Both the position numbers and the translations under genes were made by a program. DNA of 63,040 nt, the filler included, from Octopus bimaculoides (Eukaryota): the NCBI RefSeq assembly GCF_001194135.2. It is 7 parts of 7 records of this genome, joined end to end, with 100 filler letters (N's around TTAATTAATTAA, not from the genome) between each part and the next. Parts side by side here need not be neighbours in the genome. Positions count along the whole stretch, not along the records: positions 20,794 to 28,867 come from NC_068997.1; positions 28,968 to 42,274 come from NC_069005.1; 5 more parts are not named here. One strand, written 5' to 3'. How positions within the stretch are numbered: the stretch's first letter is position 1; each line of letters opens with the position of its first letter. Below the pieces are notes generated by a model. That model was not told where the DNA came from and searched no databases. It worked only from the letters and a program-made list of their open reading frames with translations. Of this stretch, positions 25,577 to 37,331 are shown in pieces.

Positions 25577-25995
25577 AAGAAGAAGAAGAAGAAGAAGAAG
25601 AAGAAGAAGAAGAAGAAGAAGAAGAAGAAGAAGAAGAAGAAAGAGGAGAGGGAGGAGGAGAAGAAGAGAAAGAAGAAGTAGAAGGAGAAGAAGGAGGAGG
25701 AGGAGGAGGAGGAGGAGGAGAAGAAGGAAAGAAGAAGAAGAAGAAGAAGAAGAAGAAGAAGGAGGAGGAGGAGGAGAAGAGAAAGAAGAAGTAGAAGGAG
25801 AAGAAGAAGAAGAAGAAGAAAAAGAAGAAGTAGAAGAAGAAGAAGAAGAAGAAGAAGAAGAAGAAGAAGAAGAAAAAGAAGGAGGGGAGGAGGAGAAGAA
25901 GAGAAAGAAAAAGAAGAAGGAGGAGGAGGAGAAGTAGAAGAAGAAGAAGAAGAAGAAGAAGAAGAAGAAGAAGAAGAAGAAGAAGAAGAAGAAGC
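25577..25995. repeat. (GAA)n/(GGA)n polypurine trinucleotide tract
   Basis: Direct reading. Confidence 0.97.
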
Positions 25996-26553
25996 GAATT
26001 TAGCCAATCAGAGAAGAGAGAAAATCCTAAAGAATGTCAAGAGGTCATTGTCAGATCGGATCACGTGAGCAGGCTTGGTCCGCAGCTTTTACAAAATATA
26101 ATAACGAAACGTAGAATTACTGGAAGGGAGATTCCGGTCTTCCATTGCCTCAGTCTCGTCTCCTACTGGTCATCAATTACCACTGCTGTCTAATTAAATG
26201 GCCAATGACACAATGACAGTGTGATCGGAAACCACGTGACAATTAATCCCGAGAGACTATAGATTATGCAGAAATGTATTTCAAAATGTCCTCTAACCCC
26301 AATTTAATTTGGACCCTCTTCTCGGAAGAGTTATTTTTGTGATAACATTTCTTTTTTACTCCTTTTATACAGGAAGCAAGAGACAGACTGAGCACATACA
26401 TTTACATGTGTATATGCATATGTATGTGGATATATATGTGTGTGTGTGTTTGTATGTAAGTATGTATGTATGTATGTATGTATGTATGTATGTATGTTCG
26501 TATGTATGCATCACACATCAAGACATAGCTTACATACATTCATAGCTAGCTTA

Positions 26554-26589
<36 letters not shown>

Positions 26590-27174
26590 ATATATATATA
26601 TAATTTCTATATCTTTGTGCAGGTGAAGATTACTCNNNNNNNNNNNNNNNNNNNNNNNNNNNNNNNNNNNNNNNNNNNNNNNNNNNNNNNNNNNNNNNNN
26701 NNNNNNNNNNNNNNNNNNNNNNNNNNNNNNNNNNNNNNNNNNNNNNNNNNNNNNNNNNNNNNNNNNNNNNNNNNNNNNNNNNNNNNNNNNNNNNNNNNNN
26801 NNNNNNNNNNNNNNNNNNNNNNNNNNNNNNNNNNNNNNNNNNNNNNNNNNNNNNNNNNNNNNNNNNNNNNNNNNNNNNNNNNNNNNNNNNNNNNNNNNNN
26901 NNNNNNNNNNNNNNNNNNNNNNNNNNNNNNNNNNNNNNNNNNNNNNNNNNNNNNNNNNNNNNNNNNNNNNNNNNNNNNNNNNNNNNNNNNNNNNNNNNNN
27001 NNNNNNNNNNNNNNNNNNNNNNNNNNNNNNNNNNNNNNNNNNNNNNNNNNNNNNNNNNNNNNNNNNNNNNNNNNNNNNNNNNNNNNNNNNNNNNNNNNNN
27101 NNNNNNNNNNNNNNNNNNNNNNNNNNNNNNNNNNNNNNNNNNNNNNNNNNNNNNNNNNNNNNNNNNNNNNNNNN

Positions 27175-27220
<46 letters not shown>

Positions 27221-27654
27221 TCTTGGCCTCCACCTCCTTCTCACACACTCTCCCTCTAATCCCCTCTAATCCCCTCCTTCCACAACTCTTCAAAGTATCA
27301 CCTCCCACAAGCACGTTTTCCCGCAATTCCTACCTCCCTCACCCATTCCACGTTACTCCATTCTCTCACCCTTGCTCTCCACTACTCAGCACTCGAAACG
27401 ACACACGTGACCTGCCTAATTACCACCCCCTGTTTTTTTACCGTCCAATATAACCCTACATTATGAAATCACTGAACCAACGGAAACTTACTGTAAATTA
27501 TATAGCCTATAACCACCGGCCCACACCTTTCATTTTCTGGTTCCCTATCTCTCACTCTCTTTCTATGTCTATTTCTCTCCCTTTCTCTCTCGCTTTCTCA
27601 TCCTCTCTCTCTCAAACTTTCATCATTTATCACACCTAATTCCACCCACTTTAC

Positions 27655-27690
<36 letters not shown>

Positions 27691-27905
27691 TGGTCAGTCT
27701 GTCTGTATGTCTGTATGTTTGTCACTCTATCTATCTTTCTACCTATCTATCTGTCTATCTATCTGTCTGTCTGTCTGTCTGTCTATCTGTCATTCTGTCT
27801 GTCTGTCATTCTGTCTGTCTGTCTGTCTATCTCTCATTTAGTCTGTCTATTATCTCTCTCTCTCTGTCACTGTCTCGCCTGACATAAGTGAGTGCATGTG
27901 TATGT

Positions 27906-27948
<43 letters not shown>

Positions 27949-29389
27949 CATACGTGCGTGTATGCGTGTGTGTATGTGTGTGTGACATATGTGGCATACA
28001 TATGTGTGTGTGTGTATATGTGTGTGTGTATGTGTGTGTGTATATGTGTGTGTGTATATGTGTGTGTGTATATGTGTGTGTGTATGTGTGTGTATTTGGT
28101 GGGGTAATCACAGTTTTTTAAAGGGCCAGCCTTCCTTCCCACACACCGTATCACGCTGATTTCGCCTTCAGAATTACATTAATGATACAAATGTCTGTGG
28201 AATACTTGGCCAATTATTCCATAATTCATTGAGTGGGAAGTTCCATTGATCGAGCATCTGGAACGCTCATCCTTCGAAATCTACAGGAGATCCCCCATGA
28301 TGAATATATCCTAATTTTACGGAATACCTCTTACCTAATCTAATAGTGATTAACATGAATCTTTTGGAGACGATTGGAAGCTATCAATAGCATTATCTTC
28401 CTCGTATTCTGCTAGAAATATAATGCTGTTTTTGATGTACGGAACTGTAAGGCGGCGAACAGCCAGAGCGTCGAACAAAATGATTTGCAGTATTTCGTAT
28501 TTGTTAGTTTTTGATCTGTTTTTTTGCAATTTGACTTCAAGTCCTTCCGAGGTCAACTTCCGTTTATCATGCTCGTGAATATCTTGATATGATTCCTAGG
28601 ACTCGCGTCCTAGGCGTGATTTGAACTCAGAACGTAGAGAGCCGAGGTTAATGCCGAAGGTATTCTTCTGTACTCTATCAAACTTTATCTTTCTCTCCCC
28701 TCTTTCTTTCGTTCTTTCTTTCTGTCTTTCTTTCTTTCTTTCCCTCTCATGCATGATTGTGTGGATGTATATGAGGTCATATATGTAGATATGTTTTTAT
28801 GAGTATATATGTGTCCGTGTGTGTATGCGTGTGCATGTTATATATGTAATATATATATATATATATANNNNNNNNNNNNNNNNNNNNNNNNNNNNNNNNN
28901 NNNNNNNNNNNTTAATTAATTAANNNNNNNNNNNNNNNNNNNNNNNNNNNNNNNNNNNNNNNNNNNNTAAAAAAACTGTTTTCAGTATTTAAGGAAGCTG
29001 ACAAATACAAACAAGAAATCATACTACCTAATAAACACGACAAAGAAGAAGAAGAAGAAGAAGAAGAAGAAGAAGAAGAAGAAGAAGAAGAAGAGCAACA
29101 GCAACAGTAGCAAATATTTCCTAAACCAAACGAAATAGTCGATGGGAGAAAACAAGGTTCACGGGAAATAACTTTCACCAATGCTTCTGTATTTGTGCTG
29201 TCAACTCTTTAGGGCTTACAAAAACAGCCCACACTCAAACCACAAACTAAAGGAAACATTTCACAACAATCCCCCTCCCTTAACTTAACGATTAGTTATT
29301 TACAGTTAGGTGGACTGTATAGACAGAAAAACTCGGTATCAATAACAGCAAGACACTAACGAAGCGACTCCATTTTAGGCACAGAACCC

Positions 29390-31180
29390 GCTAAAAATTA
29401 TCAGATCGTTTTTAATTGACACGTTGTTTATTTTGTTTTGTTTGGTGTTTTCTTCATGTATTATTAACACTTTGCCAACCATGATAGTCACTGGTGACTC
29501 CCCATGCAATGTTCTTAATATAACAATAATCACTCGTGACGATAAAATGTGGTGAGATTTTTTTTTTCTTTTTTTATGGCGCCTCACATTACTGTAGTTC
29601 AAACTACATTAGTCGAATTTTAGGAAATTTGCAGACTACATGCTTTTTTTGTATTTCTTGGGTGGTTTTCGATTGCAGATGCATGGAATTTATTAGATGA
29701 AGGATCAGGTTTGATATCAGAAGGATGCTTGTCACTCTCGTCTCCATCATTTTTTGTAAAAGAAGCCATTGAGGCTTATATAATATAATCTGTAGGAAAA
29801 AAAAACATAAAAAATACATGAATGGTTGTATAACGGAGATTTTAACACTTTTTAACATGTCTAACTCCGGTGACTCCCGAAGTACAGAATAAAAATAATA
29901 TTAGTTCTGTACTACAGGAGTCACCAGTGATATCCATGTTAGAAATCAGTGTGGTAGTTTATAATGTGAACTGTAACAAATATAAAGTTTAAAAATTCAA
30001 AAACGCATGACACAGGTCTGATCAATTTTTACCTGCTGATTAAAAAACTTACAAAGAAATTACTTTATCACGTTTAGACTGCTTCAGCTACACAGAGAGA
30101 TGCCTGCATCGCTGTAGCTCCAGTCAACCGCAAGAGAGAAAAACGTGCTTTACAAAGTCAGCCTGCTCAGGTTAAAGCGTATGTTATTATTACTTTTTTT
30201 ATTTCAGTAATTTTTTTTTTCCATGACTTTTGTCAATGTATATATGCAATATATATTGCTTTATTGTATCATGTGTTACATTTCAATGCTTTTTAATGAT
30301 ATTATGTATTTATTTAGATGGTAAATCAAATATCTGCTGTTAAAAAATGTCCTCTTCCCCTTTTCTTACAGACATCCACAACATTTGAAGCAAGGATGTC
30401 TTCTAAAAGACCGTAATAAGTTTTGTTACATTTGTAGTGAGTTTATGACTAAGAAATGTCAGAGGGACATTACCGAATTTTTCAAAAAAATCTTACTCTG
30501 CCTACTTTGATGTGAAATTAGGAGACCAAGATAAGAAGTGGGTTCCTCATAAGGCCTGTTCAATTTGTGTTAAAGAACTAAGGTAATTGACAAAATGTAC
30601 AAAGAAGTCTTTTCGTTTTGTGGTTCCAATGATATGGAGAGAGCCTAAAAATCATAGTGATGGCTGTTACTTTTGCTCATGTAAGATGCAGGAACACAAT
30701 TTGACGAATGAGAAAAACATTGTTTATCTAAATTTCCCATCTGCATTGCGACCTGTTGCCCATGGAGCAGAAGTTCTAGTCGCTTCACCACTAGGAAACC
30801 TTGAAGACATATTCTTTGGTTTTGAGTCAGAAGTTAGAAATAGCAATGACAATGATTACTTCAATAGCAGTGAAGGTGAAGAACCTCAACTATTCAACCA
30901 ATCTGGATAAAATAATCTAGTGAGGGACTTAGGGCTCGCAAAGGAGTCAGCAGAGCTTTTAGTTTCCAAGCTTAAATCAAACAATCTTTTATCTCCTTGC
31001 GTACCATTCTATTGGTATCGTCACCGCAAAACAGTATCTGTTCCTTATTTCGTTCAAGAAAATGGTTTAGTTTAATGTATAGATCCATCAGGACTAATAG
31101 AGAAGTTTGGCATAAGTTATATCCCTGATGAATGGAGACTCTTTATTGACTCTTCAAAACGAAGTCTTAAAGCTGTCAAT
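29390..31180 (+). mobile_element. DNA transposon relic, probably CMC superfamily Chapaev3-like, 3'-truncated
   Basis: Transposase remnant (see 30396-31177). Upstream subterminal motif ggagtcaccagtga/tcactggtgactcc is repeated in both orientations at about 29488, 29865 and 29915. The family name is from recall of the motif set, not a search. Confidence 0.65.
30396..31177 (+). pseudogene. Transposase N-terminal half with Cys/His zinc-finger motifs; stops and a frameshift
   Basis: NKFCYICSEF..SAYFDVKLGDQDKKWVPHKACSIC..VPMIWREPKNHSDGCYFC..PSALRPVAH..PQLFNQSG*NNLVRDLGLAKESAELLVSKLK..EWRLFIDSSKRSLKAV. Confidence 0.9.
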
Positions 31181-32190
31181 GTCACTATGACGGTCAATTA
31201 CTAATAGGTGTTGCATCATGAATGTCCATTAAATGCTCACAATGAGTTCCAGGCATAGTTTCCAAATGAAAACAAAAATAGCTTTGAGGTGTTGAACTTA
31301 AGAAATGAATAGAACACTCATAAAAATCTATTTTCTTACTTTTCAATTGCATTTTATTTTGTTAAATAGTATACCAAATTCATTTTTATTAGTTTCATTT
31401 TGTCCTACCATATGTTGATTTACCAACAAATTAGCACCACAAATATACATAAAGTAAAATACAATTATAAAAGCTATTTTCAAAAAGTTCCATTTCGCAA
31501 ACCTGTGAAATTTGTAAGAAAATCAGACCGCTGGGTCGGAAGAAAATATGACGTAAAATGGGCTTTGTGTTAAAGTAAAGAAGTTTACGGTGCACACTAT
31601 TCGTAAACATGAGTCGTGATGGTCTTCAGTTGAATAACTTTGCTCATAAGTCAACTCAGTCGAGGTTAACTTAAATAATAAGACCACTAAACCAATGGCA
31701 TTTCAAACAGCTATCCATCTTCTCCATTCATTATTCCTGTTAGGGTTGTGGAGTTCGAGTCGTCAGCCACCCCCACCATAGGGTTCTATCAGAAGTAGCC
31801 ATCGTAACACTTTCCTGGATTCCCAGGTGTGACTAATTGAGACTATGGATATTATCCAACGATCTTGTTTTGATCTACCCCAGCTCTCCTACCGGTTGGC
31901 TCAGTTTGAAGAATCTGTCTTGTGATACTTTCCTGTGACATTATAATCACATGTCCGTAGTACCAGAGCTGTGATCTCTAAATGTAGTGAATAGCTTGAC
32001 CTAAAGAGACTTCCTGACCTCCGACCTACCCTGTCGAGTAAAGTTAGTCCAGAGACCCTTCGGAAGAACCCAAACAGCTGATATAATGAAAGTAGCAGAA
32101 TTGTTGGGGCAGCATGCAAAATATATTGTAGCATTCACTTACATCCTTTCGCATTCAAATTCTACTGGTGTCAACTCTAGCCGCAGGCAT

Positions 32191-33330
32191 CAGGGGTTGT
32201 AAAAAATTAATTGATGAAAAATTAATTGCAATATATTGGTCCAGCTAATTGATTGGAGTCGTACAGCCAATTAAATAATTGACTACTATCATTGCAATTA
32301 ATTGCAGTTAATTGCAACATTGTCAGTGAAAGTTTTTCAAATGGCTCATACTTCATTCGACGTTCAATTGGCAAATACAGCGTTCTATTATTATTTGAGG
32401 TATTGTGTTGACGCTTTGTTCCGACTGCTGAGAATGATTCATACATTCTGCTGTGCTTAGGAATTGACTATTGTGTATATTGTCAAATAATTGCTGTTGA
32501 GTGATTTTTGGTTCTGACTGCTGAGAATGATGCACACATTCTATCTTCAAGTCATTAAATCGTAACTTCGCCTGAAACGCGGTTGTATCTTGAATTCCGC
32601 TCGAAAATATTAACTGAATCAGTGGAGTGGCGAAATATCTTTTATTTGAAACTAACCCATGCCGCGTGAAAACGAGCAAACCGTCAGAAAATATTTTAAC
32701 CAAACAGACAATGAACATGTATGGAAAATGCAAGTGTGGAAAAAAATTGACCCAGCAAACAGGAACTGGGTGGACAAATCTTATGAATCATATAAAAACA
32801 AACCAGTATCCTACAACACAAGCAACTGGACAACCATCTTTATCGAGTTCTCTTTCACCAGGAAGTAGTTTGATCAGTCGCTCGGCCTTAAATGTTTATG
32901 GTTAGATTGAGTGGGTATGTATTGGTTTAAAACCATTTCCTTTACTGAAGACCCACTGACTCGTAAGTACACAACCTTTGGAGTACACAAACTTGGGAAG
33001 TATGACAAATGTGACCTTACAAGGGGAAACTTATTCAAGAAGGGGAAAAGAAAATATCTGATTAACTTCCAAGTAAATTTTCATTGGTAATCGACAGTTG
33101 GACGAAGGATTCGACACATTTCATTGGACTTTTTGCATCTTATTCATGCAATTATCAAAATGACTATTGTACTGTTTTGCAGGCGTCTTCACCAGTGATA
33201 CGTGAAACATCATTCACTACTTCTGATTATGTCGAATTTATAGAGTATGTGTTTATAAAAAAGTGTTTATAATAAAAATTTAGAAAATGTTCTAGCTATT
33301 ACCGGAAATAATACTGGAGTGAATAAATCT
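32191..33330 (+). mobile_element. hAT-like transposon relic with BED-finger transposase, 3'-truncated
   Basis: Starts CAGGGGTTGT with repeated aattaattg subterminal motifs. Translation traces: WK-CKCGKKLTQQTGTGWTNLMNHI (BED finger), IEWVCIGLKPF..EDPLTRKY, VIDSWTKDSTHFIGLFASY, LAITGNNTGVNKSV. Confidence 0.78.
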
Positions 33331-33445
33331 GTTGGCCAAGTATTTTTGCAGTTGTCTCAGTAGGAAGATAGTATCAGTGGTGCATCTACCTGGCACAAAA
33401 CCAAACTGCATCTCCTCTTCCCAATTAATTGAGCTATGAACCTTT
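33331..33445 (-). mobile_element. Short RTE RT fragment
   Basis: Minus-strand EEEMQFGFVPGRCTTDTIFLLRQLQK, which overlaps the region deleted from the 3.1-kb copy. Confidence 0.8.
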
Positions 33446-33769
33446 CTGTAACTTTCATCACAGTCCCAGGCTGATCAGAGCTTGTTGTGTGTATATGTTT
33501 GTGCTTGTTCCCCAGCAACCACTGCCTGACATTCAATGTTGGTTTGTTTACATCCCTCATAACTAGCAGTTTGGCAAAAGTACCAAGCCTAATAGGGTTT
33601 GGGGTCGATTTGTTTGACTAATCCTGTCAAGGCAGTAAAGCTAAAGTCCAATAAGTGAAAAATATAAAATATAAAATATAAAAGATAAATACAGACAAAT
33701 GAATATATATTTACAAAGAAATACAAATCGAACACAGTACAAATTTGAGAGTATTTATTTACAAGATAT

Positions 33770-33806
<37 letters not shown>

Positions 33807-34654
33807 TTTATTATAATTATGTTTATTAACACAGCAAGCAATGGCTTGATTAGGATTAAATGAAAGAGCGGCATTAATTCATCCATCACTGCTATCTAGT
33901 AAAGTTAAAACACGACCATGAGGACACTTATACAACAAAGTAGGGTGGTAGTAGTAAGGGAGGATGGCAAGGGTAAGAGAGGAAAGGACAAACCCAGACC
34001 CACTTACCAAACAATAAAAAGAACTCAAAAATAAAAATTTATGAGCTATTGAAAGAATACAGAAATAAGGATGGAGCATTCCTGGGTATAAGAAGGACAT
34101 ATTGGGTGGTTTGGTTAATACATGAACAGGTAGGTATGTATTTATGGGTTTATTGGAGGGAGATAATATTGAACCAGGCTGGCCTATATTATAGGCTTGT
34201 AGAAGAAGATGCAGCTGGATATATGGACATACAGACAGAGACAATAGCACACTTGTAATTAGCTGATACAGTCATCACCATGAGCAGCTCAATCGAGTGT
34301 GGCAAGAGGAGACCTGATTACAAATGGATCAGAGTATCAGTGGATCAGAGTATATGGATAGGCTTTTTTCATTTTAGGGTTCTTCTTTTCAGAGAGGGGG
34401 AGGTGCGACACCAAAGAATCAATGGTAGTTTCAAATATTAATACCTGACCTCAGACATCATTTTAATCAGTTTTGGGATTTTTTTTCCTTTTTTCCAAAG
34501 TAAAAAATTATTTCAGAATAAAAAGCATTTTGTAATATATATATACGTGCATACATACACACATATATATATATGCATAATTTATATATATATGTGTGTG
34601 TGTATATATAAATACATAGACATACATACCTACATACATGCATGCAGGCATACA

Positions 34655-34685
<31 letters not shown>

Positions 34686-35079
34686 GTTACCTCAATTTGT
34701 AACAGGTTTATCAAGTGAGAGTTTGTGGCAGGAAAGGCATCCAGCTATAGAAAACCTCCCAAAGCAAATATTCTGTCTAACCTATGCATGCATGGAAAAG
34801 TGGACATTAAAATGATGATATATGTATGTATATCTATGTAAATATAATTTCCATTATTGGTGGGATCAACAAAAATGTACTCCATTCAGTGAGAGACAAA
34901 TATAATTTAATATACACAGGATTTAAATTCATACTACTATTAGTTTCATGCTTTAAAAAAACAATAAACTTCCAAGCTTATTTGTTGGTGCTTTCACAGC
35001 ATGAAACTAATAGTAGCTTGAATTAAAATCCTTGTATTTATTGAAGGATTTGATGATTTTTCTATGTCTCCTGTTTTCA

Positions 35080-35913
35080 GGACTATCTTGATGTACTGGT
35101 GAACAGTCAACAGCGTTGGAGAGCATAAAAATTGTAATTGAGAAAAGGTTAGCTGACAAGGAGGATTGGAAGCCATCTGAATATTGGAAAAGAATTACTT
35201 GTATGATAATGATTCATGCTGGGTATCAAAATGCCAAAATCATAACTGCAGCTCAGTGCTCTGTAAACACTGTAAATGTTGTAAGACATGACATGAACAG
35301 ATGCAATGGAGACTACAGAGCCATGTCCAGCAAGAAACGACACGACAGGCAATCTGTGTCCACATGCCAGAATTCATCCAGCAATTGTTGAACTCCATCT
35401 TGGGCTCAATTCAGACAGCTATGTGAGCTGCTGGTGATCGTGGCCAAACCCTGGATGGAGAGGGCTACTGCTGGAGAGCATTGTGTGGCAGCAGGGTTCA
35501 GCTCCTTACAATACCTCCAGAAAGAGATAGAAGTGGTTGTCAGAAAATTTTACAACCTCACCAGCCCCAATTTCTGGCCTCCTAATTCCCTCTTATCGTA
35601 ATCTCATTGAATACTATAAAGTGGGTGTGATTGAGAAAGACACCAACCCTTCTGCTTGCAATACCAAGGCCACACTGATAGCCAAGATCAAGGAAGTGTT
35701 CAAAGATCTTCCCAAAGACGCAGTGAGGAATGCATGCTGAAATGAGGCTGTAGTGGAGGAAGCTGAAGACACCTACTTTGAGTGAACTGTTATCTCCCAG
35801 CCATAATCTACATGATAATTTTTGATTTTTTAAAATACTTTTATTTTTGGATGGGATATCGTGTTTTCTTTTAATTTTATGCAAACTGTCAAATTTAGCC
35901 CAAACACCCTGTA
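35080..35913 (+). mobile_element. Tc1/mariner-superfamily relic (maT/DD37D-like), internally deleted, 3' TIR retained
   Basis: N-terminal HTH-like KRITCMIMIHAGYQNAKII..CSVNTV, then VWQQGSAP..KWLSENF..FWPPNS..NLIEYY..AKIKEVF..VRNAC. Ends ...caaacaccctgTA (reverse complement TA-CAGGGTG). No 5' TIR found. Confidence 0.8.
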
Positions 35914-35994
35914 TGCAAATATATATATATATGTATGTATGCATATATGTGAGAGTGTGTATGTGTGTGCTTGTGCATCTATATATACATATCT

Positions 35995-36420
35995 TCATCA
36001 TCATCATTTTAACACTTACTTTTCCATACTTGCATGGATCAGAGGGAAATTTTGTTGAAGCAGATTTTCTGTAGCTGAATGTTACCAATGCTCACCTGTT
36101 TCTAACTGAAGTAATCTTTCCCCCATAACCAGGCATGTTTTCACAGACACTGGAAATGGAAGATAGTCCTTGCATGATGGTGACACCCACTTACAACTAT
36201 CACAAAGTATCACAGCAAGGGGACAGTAACATGTAGACACACAGATACATAAATTTACATATACATGACAGGCTCCTTTCAGTTTCCATCTACCAAATCC
36301 ATTCCCAAGGCTTTTGTAGGCCCAGGAATATAGCAGTAGACACTTTCCTGAGGTGCCATACAGTGAGGCTAAACCCAAAACAATGAGGTTAGGAAGCAAA
36401 TTTCTACTATGTAGCTATGC
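35995..36420 (-). mobile_element. tRNA-derived SINE with family A-like head and RTE-like 3' tail
   Basis: Head matches 56912. Tail reverse complement gtatggaaaagtaagtgttaaaatgatgatgatg resembles the RTE end at 5560-5593. Confidence 0.75.
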
Positions 36421-36432
36421 TGTTTATGTGTA

Positions 36433-36491
<59 letters not shown>

Positions 36492-36660
36492 TAGATGGTA
36501 ATTCTCCATGCTGGCATTTAAGTTTGTTACTAGAGTTCATCAAGATGTAGAAGCAAAGAACAGGTATGTTTTTCCTATTTGCATCAACATGTCTGTGTGT
36601 GTGTATGTATATGTATGTGTATATAGACATGTATATATGTGTGTGTGTGTGCTTATATCT

Positions 36661-36890
36661 TTCTTTTACTTGTTTCAGTCATTAAACTTTGGCCATGCTG
36701 GGGCACTACCTTGAAGAATTTTAGTCAACCGAATTGATGCCAATACTTTTTTCTTTTTAAGCCTGGTAATTAGTCCATCAGTTTCTTTGGCCAAGTTGTT
36801 AAGTTACAGGGACATAAACATGAACACCAGTTGTCAAGTGGTAGTGTTGGTGGTTGTGGTGGTGGTGGTGGACAAACACAGACTCAAACA
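36661..36890 (-). mobile_element. SINE family A, 3' half
   Basis: ttacttgtttcagtcatt..ggccatgctggggcact..gacaaacac, the reverse complement of 8255-8547. Confidence 0.8.
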
Positions 36891-36946
36891 CACATACACA
36901 CACTCAGTGAAAAGACAATATGATCTAATGAAGGACTTATTTAAAG

Positions 36947-37068
36947 AATCACCTGAAGAAGCACATCTTACACCTTTGATGGATGATAATGATTATACAA
37001 CATGTTAATTATATCATCTCACCAATGTACTATGAGTGCAAACATGTATCGAAACAATTGTAGTGGTT
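36947..37068 (+). ncRNA. Type I hammerhead ribozyme motif with intact core and long degenerate helix II
   Basis: Helix I AATCAC (36947-52) pairs with GTGGTT (37063-68). CTGAAGA at 36953-59, GAAA at 37051-54, palindromic helix III ACAATTGT, cleavage triplet GUA (37060-62). Helix II closure is imperfect. Confidence 0.68.
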
Positions 37069-37101
37069 TTAAATAAAGAATGTAGTTTGATCCATTTTCT
37101 A

Positions 37102-37142
<41 letters not shown>

Positions 37143-37297
37143 TACTGGTTAGATGTAAATAATTCCCAAAAAAATGCATACTGCAAAATATTTTTTGAGT
37201 AGTTATATTTTGTGTAGTATATCCTTTGTTATGGCTGGTCAGAAAGTTACCATTGGTTTCATTTCTACTATTGCACTTGGCAACACAGGTGACTCAC

Positions 37298-37331
37298 CAG
37301 ACCTGCTGGTAGGAGGCACATAACCTCTTTA
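37298..37331 (-). CDS. Candidate 34-nt coding exon (x-KEVMCLLPAGL), product unknown
   Basis: Acceptor ctttactttcttag, donor ctg|gtgagt. Phase-compatible with the 40709-40843 candidate. Confidence 0.35.
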
